Position numbers and translations under genes: made by a program. A stretch of DNA of 64,000 nt from positions 2,861 to 66,860 of the forward strand of contig CAYLHG010000007.1 in assembly GCA_964383495.1 (NCBI GenBank), in the 5' to 3' direction. The notes beneath the pieces are model-generated. The model saw only the letters and a program-made list of their open reading frames with translations. It was not told where the DNA came from and searched no databases. Origin of the DNA: an uncultured Gammaproteobacteria bacterium (GTDB taxonomy: Bacteria; Pseudomonadota; Gammaproteobacteria; JABCZS01). This document shows, piece by piece, positions 9,178 to 17,825 of this stretch (position 1 is the first letter of the stretch; every line of letters starts with the position of its first letter).

Positions 9178-9894
9178 ATGAATTTATTCAAATCGATAGC
9201 AATAGTTTCACTGGTACTCGGCCTCACGGTAAACGCGGCAATGGCAAAAATCAACCTTATGCCAGAGGAACCACCCGCTTGCGGTGTGGTGGCTGATCCT
9301 AATGCAGGCGCAAATACATTGTCCATTAGCTCTCCTAGTAAAGACCTAGAGAAAGCAAGCGACCATGTGACATATTGGACAAAAGGTCTCTGCACGAAAA
9401 AAGAGGGGAAAAGTTTTTATAAGAATCTTGCCGATGATTGTCAAAAGGCAGCTCAACACGGGGCGGACAGACGTACTCAGGACAAAGGTAATAAAATCCA
9501 GAAGTGCGTAAAAGGCTTCAACGCTTGGGTTGCATTAAACACAAAGGCTGCTAGTGATAAGGCTGATGCTGATGCTGATAAAGCCAAAGCAGATGAAGCT
9601 GCTGCGCTGCAAGCGAAGGTAGACGCTTGTGATAAAATGGCTGCGGGGTCAGGCTCTGATTGTGCCTGCCGAAATGAATTCAAAACTAAAGTGAGCGATG
9701 CAACTTCTACACAAGATTTTGTCAATGGGACGACTCAACCTTTAGTTGCTGGATTGAAAACATGGATTCCTAATACAGGCGTGCCTGCTGTAGGCCAATG
9801 CCCTGCTGGAAACGCACCATGCCAACAAAGACAAGACTTGATCGATGCAAGAACATGCTGTGCTTTAGTGAATGGTAGTGACTGCGGCGTGTAA
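9178..9894 (+). CDS. Secreted Cys-rich hypothetical protein
   Basis: The signal peptide is MNLFKSIAIVSLVLGLTVNAAMA, with AGGAG upstream. The mature part has about 16 Cys and a KADADADKAKADEAAALQAK low-complexity helix. A clear terminator follows. Confidence 0.6.
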   Translation: MNLFKSIAIVSLVLGLTVNAAMAKINLMPEEPPACGVVADPNAGANTLSISSPSKDLEKASDHVTYWTKGLCTKKEGKSFYKNLADDCQKAAQHGADRRTQDKGNKIQKCVKGFNAWVALNTKAASDKADADADKAKADEAAALQAKVDACDKMAAGSGSDCACRNEFKTKVSDATSTQDFVNGTTQPLVAGLKTWIPNTGVPAVGQCPAGNAPCQQRQDLIDARTCCALVNGSDCGV

Positions 9895-9907
9895 TCCTAA
9901 ACCTTTT

Positions 9908-9946
9908 AAAAATCCCGGGCGACATAAGTCCTCCGGGATTTTTTTG
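9908..9946 (+). terminator. Rho-independent terminator
   Basis: The stem pairs AATCCCGG (9911-9918) with CCGGGATT (9933-9940) and is followed by a T-run. Confidence 0.7.
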
Positions 9947-9975
9947 GCCGCTCTTAAAGAAATCAAGGAACACCA

Positions 9976-10608
9976 ATGAACAATACTCGCTGGCTTTTAA
10001 CCTATGGCTTTCTCATCATCATCGCGAGCGTTTGCTTTACTTATTTTTGGGTAGATATCCCCTTGGTAGAATGGGCCCATGCACATGAATTACGACAATA
10101 CAAATGGCTGCATGTCGCGCAGCAAATTCCCGAAATATTTCCTTATGCAGCTTTTTTAATTGTCTTAATGATAGGAATACGGTCGTGTTACACCCAACCT
10201 AAATATGTTGAAAAAGCACTGCTATGCGCTTCCTTAAGCTATATTTTAGTGAATTTTTTAACTGATATATTTAAAATAATATTCGCCCGCACCTGGCCCG
10301 CAACCTGGACCAACAATAACCCCTCATGGCTTACTGATAACATTTATGGATTTTTTTGGTTTATTGATAATCCTGGCTATCGAAGCTTTCCCTCTGGTCA
10401 TACTTCTGCAACATTTGCAGTAGTTATTACGCTTTGTTATTTCTATCCTAAATTTCGCTGGCTTGGCGCGGCTGCATGTACGCTTGTTATGTTAGGGCTA
10501 ATCAGCAATTATTACCATTATTTGAGTGATATTTTAGCGGGAGCTTATCTAGGCACTCTAACAGCTTATTTAACATTGCGGTTTTACGAGCCTATTGCAC
10601 GTTATTAA
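9976..10608 (+). CDS. PAP2-family (type 2 phosphatidic acid / lipid phosphate) phosphatase, membrane bound
   Basis: The PAP2 motifs SFPSGHTSATF and YYHYLSDILAG (SRxxxxxHxxxD-like) are present, with multiple TM helices. Confidence 0.8.
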   Translation: MNNTRWLLTYGFLIIIASVCFTYFWVDIPLVEWAHAHELRQYKWLHVAQQIPEIFPYAAFLIVLMIGIRSCYTQPKYVEKALLCASLSYILVNFLTDIFKIIFARTWPATWTNNNPSWLTDNIYGFFWFIDNPGYRSFPSGHTSATFAVVITLCYFYPKFRWLGAAACTLVMLGLISNYYHYLSDILAGAYLGTLTAYLTLRFYEPIARY

Positions 10609-10689
10609 CTCCTCTTGAAAAGCTCCTCGATGTACTTTCGTTCGGGTTCTGGTATAATCGCTACGTTTTTTAGGAGAAATCTTACACTT

Positions 10690-11781
10690 ATGGGCGTAGC
10701 TAACACAGAAAAAACTATTTTAGTCACAGGCGGCGCTGGGTTTATTGGCTCTAATTTTGTGTTGAACTGGCTGAACCACGCTACTGATACTGTTGTTAAC
10801 ATTGATTTATTGACTTACGCAGGCAATATTAAAAACCTAGATTCTCTATCTAAAAACCCCGCACATGTATTTGTCCAAGGCGATATAGCGGATAAAGAGC
10901 TGCTCTCACATCTGCTCGCCACTTATAAACCTTATGCCGTGGTTAACTTTGCGGCGGAAAGCCATGTAGATCGCTCTATTCTAAACCCTGATCAATTTAT
11001 TCATACTAATGTAGTGGGTGTATATCATTTATTAGAAGCAACTCGTGATTATTGGGAAGGTTTAACGTCGCCAGAAAAAGCTGCGTTTCGTTTTTTGCAT
11101 GTGAGCACTGATGAAGTGTATGGATCTTTAGAGAAACATGATCCTGCTTTTACAGAGCATTCACAATACCAACCTAATAGTCCTTATTCTGCCAGCAAGG
11201 CCGCTTCTGATCACTTGGTGCGTGCCTGGTATCATACATATGATTTTCCCGTATTGACGACTAATTGCTCTAATAATTACGGGCCTTATCAATTTCCTGA
11301 AAAATTAATTCCGTTAGTGATTACAAACGCGCTTGCAGGCAAACCATTACCAATATACGGTGATGGGCAAAATATTAGGGATTGGTTATTTGTAACAGAT
11401 CATTGTTCTGCGATACGCACTGTATTAGCAAAAGGCAAGCCAGGAGAATGTTACAACATCGGCGGCAATAATGAAAAAACAAATTTAGAAGTGGTAGAAA
11501 CCATTTGCACATTGCTTGATGAGTACGCTCCATTATCTAAAACGCACCTTACTCATCCTGTCACCAAGAAAAATTTACTTTCATATCGTGATCTCATTAC
11601 TTTCGTCAAAGACAGACAAGGGCATGACAGAAGATACGCCATTGATTCTACAAAAATTCAAAAAGAATTGGGTTGGCGCCCGAATGAATCTTTTGAAACA
11701 GGATTAGAAAAAACAGTAAGATGGTATTTAGACAATACGTTATGGGTACAGGAATTAAGGCAAGAAGCATTACAGGTTTAA
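10690..11781 (+). CDS. rfbB: dTDP-glucose 4,6-dehydratase
   Basis: Motifs are ILVTGGAGFIGSNF, STDEVYG and YSASKAASDHL. I prefer the ATG at 10690, with AGGAG ~12 nt upstream, over the TTG at 10615. Confidence 0.9.
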   Translation: MGVANTEKTILVTGGAGFIGSNFVLNWLNHATDTVVNIDLLTYAGNIKNLDSLSKNPAHVFVQGDIADKELLSHLLATYKPYAVVNFAAESHVDRSILNPDQFIHTNVVGVYHLLEATRDYWEGLTSPEKAAFRFLHVSTDEVYGSLEKHDPAFTEHSQYQPNSPYSASKAASDHLVRAWYHTYDFPVLTTNCSNNYGPYQFPEKLIPLVITNALAGKPLPIYGDGQNIRDWLFVTDHCSAIRTVLAKGKPGECYNIGGNNEKTNLEVVETICTLLDEYAPLSKTHLTHPVTKKNLLSYRDLITFVKDRQGHDRRYAIDSTKIQKELGWRPNESFETGLEKTVRWYLDNTLWVQELRQEALQV

Positions 11782-11784
11782 ACG

Positions 11785-12678
11785 ATGAGTACAACGATGG
11801 AAAGAAAAGGCATTATTCTTGCTGGCGGATCAGGAACGCGACTGTACCCTTCTACCATTGGCGTTTCCAAACAGTTATTACCTGTTTTCGATAAGCCCAT
11901 GGTGTACTATCCCTTATCGGTATTAATGCTTGCTGGAATCCAAGATATCTTAATTATTTCTACTCCCCGAGATTTACCCTTTTATAAGTATTTACTAGGT
12001 GATGGTACAAAGTGGGGAATACGTTTGAATTATCTTGTGCAAGAATCCCCTGCTGGTTTGGCGCAGGCATTCACGATTGGCGCGCCTTTTATTGGGCAAT
12101 CCCCTTCTGCATTGGTTTTGGGCGATAATATTTTTTATGGAGATGGGTTTTCACAACTATTAATGCATGCAAATGATCGAAAAGAAGGCGCAACTGTTTT
12201 CGCTTACCGCGTACAAGATCCTGAAAGATACGGCATTGTAGAGTTCGACAAAAATGGCAAAGCCATATCGTTAGAAGAAAAACCTACCAAACCAAAATCA
12301 GATTATGCAGTCACAGGTTTATATTTTTATGACAATGACGTCATTAAATTTGCACAACATATTAAACCTTCTGCTCGCGGAGAGCTTGAAATAACAGATA
12401 TTAATGATCTTTATCTAAAAGAAAATAAATTATCTGTTACTACGCTTGGTAGAGGCTATGCATGGCTGGATACAGGCACACATGAATCTTTATTAGAGGC
12501 TTCACAATTTATTGCTGCTGTAGAACATAGACAAGGCTTTAAAATAGGTTGCCCAGAAGAAATTGCTTTAAGAAAAGGTTGGATTACACACGATCACCTC
12601 GAAAAATTAGGAAAGGAATTATCTAAAAACCAATATGGGCAATACTTACTCAAACTTGCAAAAGAGACAACCCTATGA
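11785..12678 (+). CDS. rfbA: Glucose-1-phosphate thymidylyltransferase
   Basis: The motifs [29 protein letters not shown] and [13 protein letters not shown] are typical of RmlA. Confidence 0.95.
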   Translation: MSTTMERKGIILAGGSGTRLYPSTIGVSKQLLPVFDKPMVYYPLSVLMLAGIQDILIISTPRDLPFYKYLLGDGTKWGIRLNYLVQESPAGLAQAFTIGAPFIGQSPSALVLGDNIFYGDGFSQLLMHANDRKEGATVFAYRVQDPERYGIVEFDKNGKAISLEEKPTKPKSDYAVTGLYFYDNDVIKFAQHIKPSARGELEITDINDLYLKENKLSVTTLGRGYAWLDTGTHESLLEASQFIAAVEHRQGFKIGCPEEIALRKGWITHDHLEKLGKELSKNQYGQYLLKLAKETTL

Positions 12679-13214
12679 AAGCCACTCATTTAGAAATACC
12701 AGCCGTTATATTGTTTGAGCCAAAAGTATTTTCTGATAATCGCGGCTTCTTCTTTGAAAGTTTTAATCATAATATTTTTGAAGAAGCACTTGGACATCCA
12801 GTTAATTTTGTTCAAGACAATCACTCCTACTCCACACAAGGCGTATTAAGAGGACTGCATTATCAATTAGAACCTAAAGCACAGGGCAAATTAGTACGTA
12901 TTATTCGGGGTGAGGTGTTTGATGTTGCCGTAGACATTAGAAAATCATCTCCAACGTTTGGAAAATGGGTAGGCGTTATTTTATCTGCAGAAAATAAAAA
13001 ACAATTATGGATTCCACCAGGCTTTGCTCACGGTTTCCTAACATTATCAGATTGCGCAGAAATGCATTACAAAACAACAGAATATTACGCTCCTGATTTT
13101 GATAGAAGTATTATATGGAACGATCCTACCATTGGCATTCAATGGCCAACATTAGATGTTGAACATGACTACATTATTTCGAACAAAGATTTAGTAGGCA
13201 ATTTTTTAGTATAA
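12675..13214 (+). CDS. rfbC: dTDP-4-dehydrorhamnose 3,5-epimerase
   Basis: The motifs [36 protein letters not shown] and PPGFAHGF are present. There is an ATGA overlap with rfbA. Confidence 0.95.
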   Translation: MKATHLEIPAVILFEPKVFSDNRGFFFESFNHNIFEEALGHPVNFVQDNHSYSTQGVLRGLHYQLEPKAQGKLVRIIRGEVFDVAVDIRKSSPTFGKWVGVILSAENKKQLWIPPGFAHGFLTLSDCAEMHYKTTEYYAPDFDRSIIWNDPTIGIQWPTLDVEHDYIISNKDLVGNFLV

Positions 13215-13224
13215 GGGTAACAAA

Positions 13225-14070
13225 ATGATTCTAGTGATTGGCGCAAGTGGCACGTTGGGTGGTTATTTCACGGCATCTCTGGATAAAAAAAATATCCCGT
13301 ATGAGGCACCCTCAAGCAAAGAATTGAATATTTGCTCTGATGAGTCTGTCAATAATTTTTTCAAAAAATCAAAAAAATTTGATGCGATTTATTTATTAGC
13401 TGCAGAAACTAATGTTGATTTATGCGAAACAGATCCTAATAAAGGATATGTAAAGAATTTTTTAGGCACAGAGCGAATTGCAAAACAAGCAGCTATTTCT
13501 GATGCCTATCTAGTTTATATCTCAACCTCCTCTGTATTTGGTGGAGGTCTCCCGAAATGGAGACATTGTGAAATTGACACACCCAATCCTGTCAATTTAT
13601 ATGGAAGCTCTAAACTGTTTGGCGAAAAAGCTGTTCAGAAATATTGCCAGCATCATTTAATTGTTAGATCATCTTGGATGATCGGTGGTGGACCAGAAAG
13701 AGATAAAAAATTCCTTTCAAAAATTATTCCTCAGCTCCAACAAGGGGCAGATATTAATATTGTGCATGACAAATTCGGCGCGTTAACTTATGCAAAAGAC
13801 CTAGCCGATTTTCTCGTCGAATCTTATCAAAAATCTTATACTGGCGTTGTACATTTCGCATCCATTGATTACGCAAGCCGTTACGATATTGCAAAATACG
13901 TGGCAAAGCGCATAGGCTCTAAATCTAAAATCAGAGGCATTGACTCATGCTGCTTCCCTTTGCCAGCCCCTCGCCCTATATCTGAAGCTTTATATTCAGT
14001 AGTGGGTTATATACAAGAACGAGCATGGGAAGATATTATTGATGATTATTTAAAGGAGTGGATTAAATGA
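13225..14070 (+). CDS. rfbD: dTDP-4-dehydrorhamnose reductase-like SDR (RmlD family, divergent)
   Basis: The motifs ILVIGASGTLGGY, LAAETNVD, YISTSSVFGG and YGSSKLFGE (YxxxK) are present, and the gene sits at the rmlD position of the operon. Confidence 0.7.
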   Translation: MILVIGASGTLGGYFTASLDKKNIPYEAPSSKELNICSDESVNNFFKKSKKFDAIYLLAAETNVDLCETDPNKGYVKNFLGTERIAKQAAISDAYLVYISTSSVFGGGLPKWRHCEIDTPNPVNLYGSSKLFGEKAVQKYCQHHLIVRSSWMIGGGPERDKKFLSKIIPQLQQGADINIVHDKFGALTYAKDLADFLVESYQKSYTGVVHFASIDYASRYDIAKYVAKRIGSKSKIRGIDSCCFPLPAPRPISEALYSVVGYIQERAWEDIIDDYLKEWIK

Positions 14071-15392
14071 ACAAGTTAACAAAGAATATTAAAAAAACTT
14101 ATGCATTGTATTCCCATTCTCGTGAGCAAGGTCTATCCGTCACGAGCGCCTTATTACTTATCGCGTATAGAATAACTATTCTTTTTTTTAGAGGCCGCAA
14201 TATTCCAGAAAAAATTATTCAACTGGATCTCTTTGATATTGCACCCACATCACCCTCAAATAAAGCGACCCTCAGCGCCAAGCCGGCGTCGCAACAAAAA
14301 TTATTTATTTGGGTAATTCCACGAACTGACAATATTTGGAGTGGCGGACACTACACTCTTTTTCGTTTTATAATTTTTTTTGCAAAAAAGCATCAAGTTA
14401 AAAATATTATTTATGTTTATGATGAATTTAATGGCCCTCAAGCAATTAATGCTTTTCAAGAAAAGCTGAACACTACATTTAATACAACACATTTCCATCT
14501 AACGGGTGAGATTAACCAACTTCCTATGGGCGACGCGGTCATTGCAACAACATGGATATCTGCTTATTTTGCGAGAAAAATTGCTGCGAAAGAAAAATTT
14601 TATTTTATGCAAGATTACGAAAGTTTATTTTACCATGCAGGAACTCAAGCATTGCAAGCAAATTATACTTACCAATTTGGTTTCCATGGAATAACAGGCG
14701 GGCTTTGGTTAAAAAGTATTTATGAATCTTACGGTAATCAAGCACAACATTATATTTTTAGTGCCGATCGCGATATTTTTTACCCTGCTGATCCTGAAAA
14801 CCTAATACGAGATGAAGTTAAGCGTATATTCTTTTACGGCCGCCCTTCCACCCCCCGTCGAGCTTACGAGTTAGGGATGGTTGCACTTGCTATGGTTGCA
14901 AGAGAATATCCCCACATAGAAATTGTCATTGCAGGTTTATCTGGGTTATCACGCCCTGGTTTTAGATGCACTTTACTAGGGAATCTATCTTTAAAAGAAA
15001 CTGGGGATCTCTATAGAACCTGCGATATAGGCATTGCATTATCGGCAACGAATATGTCTTATCTTCCTGTTGAACTAATGGCCTCTGGCTGCCCTGTTAT
15101 TTCCAACGATGGCCCACAAGTGGAATGGTTCTGCAAAGATCAATATAATTGCTTGTTGACTTCGCCTGTGCCAAGCGATATTTTTCGCGCAGTAAAACAA
15201 CTTGTAGAATCAAAGGCCTTACGTCAAGAATTGGCACAAAATGGTTTAAAAACCATACAAACCACTACATGGGAACAAGAGATGGAGAAGGTCTATCAAT
15301 ATATCTCTCATAACCTTCAAGCTACTACTGTTGATAAAGGCTGTAACATCACACCGCATAATATTCTCACCAATCCCGGAGAACTCCAATGA
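14067..15392 (+). CDS. Glycosyltransferase, GT-B fold, WsaF-like (putative rhamnosyltransferase)
   Basis: WVIPRTDNIWSGGHYTLFRF resembles the WsaF N-domain. The C-terminal LPVELMASGCPVISN is a GT1/GT4-type motif. There is an ATGA overlap with rfbD. Confidence 0.7.
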   Translation: MNKLTKNIKKTYALYSHSREQGLSVTSALLLIAYRITILFFRGRNIPEKIIQLDLFDIAPTSPSNKATLSAKPASQQKLFIWVIPRTDNIWSGGHYTLFRFIIFFAKKHQVKNIIYVYDEFNGPQAINAFQEKLNTTFNTTHFHLTGEINQLPMGDAVIATTWISAYFARKIAAKEKFYFMQDYESLFYHAGTQALQANYTYQFGFHGITGGLWLKSIYESYGNQAQHYIFSADRDIFYPADPENLIRDEVKRIFFYGRPSTPRRAYELGMVALAMVAREYPHIEIVIAGLSGLSRPGFRCTLLGNLSLKETGDLYRTCDIGIALSATNMSYLPVELMASGCPVISNDGPQVEWFCKDQYNCLLTSPVPSDIFRAVKQLVESKALRQELAQNGLKTIQTTTWEQEMEKVYQYISHNLQATTVDKGCNITPHNILTNPGELQ

Positions 15393-17797
15393 GTCTTTTG
15401 CATTATTCTCGTAAAAACAAACAAGTTATTTTCACTATCACTGAAGCAGAGTATGCCATAATGGCACTCACTATGTTTGACAGTGTAAGTCAGTTTTATC
15501 AAGACAGCGATTTAGTTTTATTTGTCATTGGCATGGGAACCCTTAGAAAATTAGATGGCAATATTAGCATAGTTTATATTGACGACATAGTGGACGAATT
15601 GGATTTAGACCAAAGATTAGCGTACTATCTCACTGTAGAGCTAGCCACATCATTTCGACCACAATGTTTTGAATTTCTTTTTGCTCAAAATTATGAAAGA
15701 GCCATCTATTTAGATCCAGATACATATGTGTTCAGACGTATGACAGAAGTCGACGATTTATTACAGAACAGTGCCAATGGCATCGTTACACCTCATTCTT
15801 TACATACTCTTGCCACAAACAATCCTGCACTTCACGGAGACGCGGATGCTATTCTGCTGCAATGCGGAATATTCAATTTGGGCTTTCTTGCTCTTAAAAA
15901 TACTGATGAAACTCTGAGAATGCTAAAGTGGTGGAGGGAAAAACTTAAATGGAAATGTCTTGCTAATATGGCAGATGGCTATTTTGTAGATCAAAAATGG
16001 TTAGAATTTTTACCCGTATATTTTGATGGGTTCCATATTCTAAAGCTACCCACGTACAATTTAGCGCCCTGGAATGCTGGACAATACAAAATATTGCCGG
16101 ATTCATCTGCCAGTAATTTTTTCATCAATGATTTTGATCACCCTGTTGCTTTTATTCATTTCAGCGGGATGAAAAGAGCTGACAAGCATTTTATACATAT
16201 GCTAGAGCCGTATAATTTTTATTTAAACCAGATGCTAAAAAGAAAATTCATAAAACTTGGCTTTGTGAATTACGAAATCAGGTTGAAACAAAAAAATTTT
16301 TATTTAGATAAAGTATGCATTCCTCTCTATAAGGATTACGTTAACGAAACCGAGAACACTAGCAGTAACCCTCTGGTTGATCCTGAATTTTACAATTTTT
16401 TGCATAGCATGGATTATGAGACTCAGCTTCCTGTCTATATAAAAAAACTTTATGAAATAATGCCAGAAATATTTATAGGATATCTGTACAAAACATCGAC
16501 AATAAGTTATGACAGCTTCATCCCACTCATTAAAGAAGAATTTTCCTTTGATGGGACAGTGAGTCTAGAAACCATGATACAACTGAGAAATGATAGTATC
16601 AAGGTCGATTACAAAATTAAATATGCTGATGAACTGCTCAAAACAGAACACCATCACAAAGCAAAATCTAAATTTTCGCATCACCTTGCCCTACTTTCTT
16701 TCGGGGATGACCTAAAAAATCATGGAGGGCAGAAGAGTTCAGCATCAGATCAAGAAATAATAGTCAAGTCTGACAGAACTGAAATTATCAACGGAAATAT
16801 TCGCGTATGCATTCCTCACATGGATGAGCGTGGAAATTTGCAAAATCTTACTGATATCAAAGCAGAAGATTATACAGAGCTTTGGGTCCCTAGCACTTAT
16901 TGTGAAAAAAAGCTGCGTTCAGCGCATGGGCTTTCCAAGCTAGCGACAATCCCTTATCCTGTGTTAAAGCCTAAATATAAAATCCAAGAAATAGAAATAC
17001 CGAATAATAAATTTATTGTCATGATGCGCCATGATTTTAATCAAGATTTTACAAGCCAAAACCCTCTAGCAAGTTTAAAAGCATTCCAGAAAGCTTTTGA
17101 ACACAAAACTAACGTTTTGCTCCTTTGCTTTCTTGGTAATGTAAAGCATTCAGAGGATTATAAGGCTCTAATTGCAGCTTTTCGTGAAGAGAAAAATGCA
17201 AAAATCATTGAGGGAACACTGGATGACGACTTATATTATAGCTACTTACATTATACGGATTGTTTAATTTCTTTACATGAAGAAACCATTTTTGGTTACG
17301 CACTGGCTGAAGCCATGAGCCTTGGCAAGTATGTTATTGCAACCACCAATGGCGGCAATACCGACTATATGAATGCTGAAAATAGCTTTCTGATTGGTAA
17401 TTTACTCCTTAATAGCTCTGCCGCAGAAGCGGCCAAAACGTTGGCTTCAATCTACGAAAATACTAACATCCGAGATGATAAAAGCAAAAAGGCTAAATTG
17501 TCTATACAGAAACATTTATCGCCAAATACAGTGGGATTCATCATGCAAAAGCGTTTGGAAATACTAAACAATTCAAAAAGCCCAGTTTCAGTACCAGTTT
17601 GGTTGAAGCAATTACGAAGACTTAAGGCTTTTTTAAAGCCGCGTTTAAAAAAAATACCTTTATGCGTAAGGATCTACATAAAACTTAAAAGCATCAGAGA
17701 TCGATACCTTTTTCCAAGAGCCGGTCACAATAACTCATACGTGACTGTAACCAAAATTCTACTTAAGCGCATAAAACGCCCTGTTGTTTTGGAATAA
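15389..17797 (+). CDS. Large two-domain glycosyltransferase (N-terminal DxD-type domain plus C-terminal GT-B/GT1-like domain)
   Basis: The 802-aa product has YLDPDTYVF (DxD) near residue 110 and GYALAEAMSLGKYVIATTNGGNTDY near residue 640. There is an ATGA overlap with the upstream GT gene. Confidence 0.6.
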   Translation: MSLLHYSRKNKQVIFTITEAEYAIMALTMFDSVSQFYQDSDLVLFVIGMGTLRKLDGNISIVYIDDIVDELDLDQRLAYYLTVELATSFRPQCFEFLFAQNYERAIYLDPDTYVFRRMTEVDDLLQNSANGIVTPHSLHTLATNNPALHGDADAILLQCGIFNLGFLALKNTDETLRMLKWWREKLKWKCLANMADGYFVDQKWLEFLPVYFDGFHILKLPTYNLAPWNAGQYKILPDSSASNFFINDFDHPVAFIHFSGMKRADKHFIHMLEPYNFYLNQMLKRKFIKLGFVNYEIRLKQKNFYLDKVCIPLYKDYVNETENTSSNPLVDPEFYNFLHSMDYETQLPVYIKKLYEIMPEIFIGYLYKTSTISYDSFIPLIKEEFSFDGTVSLETMIQLRNDSIKVDYKIKYADELLKTEHHHKAKSKFSHHLALLSFGDDLKNHGGQKSSASDQEIIVKSDRTEIINGNIRVCIPHMDERGNLQNLTDIKAEDYTELWVPSTYCEKKLRSAHGLSKLATIPYPVLKPKYKIQEIEIPNNKFIVMMRHDFNQDFTSQNPLASLKAFQKAFEHKTNVLLLCFLGNVKHSEDYKALIAAFREEKNAKIIEGTLDDDLYYSYLHYTDCLISLHEETIFGYALAEAMSLGKYVIATTNGGNTDYMNAENSFLIGNLLLNSSAAEAAKTLASIYENTNIRDDKSKKAKLSIQKHLSPNTVGFIMQKRLEILNNSKSPVSVPVWLKQLRRLKAFLKPRLKKIPLCVRIYIKLKSIRDRYLFPRAGHNNSYVTVTKILLKRIKRPVVLE

Positions 17798-17825
17798 TCA
17801 AGGGCATGTGTTCTCACGGACTTTG

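Noticed and set aside
9540-9620. GCTGAT/GCTGCT-rich repetitive stretch that at first glance looks like a short tandem repeat.
   Set aside because: It is in frame within the secreted Cys-rich protein and encodes KADADADKAKADEAAALQAK. The units are imperfect, with no spacer/repeat periodicity of CRISPR type.
10615-10689. TTG-initiated 25-codon N-terminal extension of rfbB.
   Set aside because: The extension has no counterpart in RmlB proteins. The ATG at 10690 is preceded by AGGAG and places the GxxGxxG motif at the usual distance from the N-terminus.
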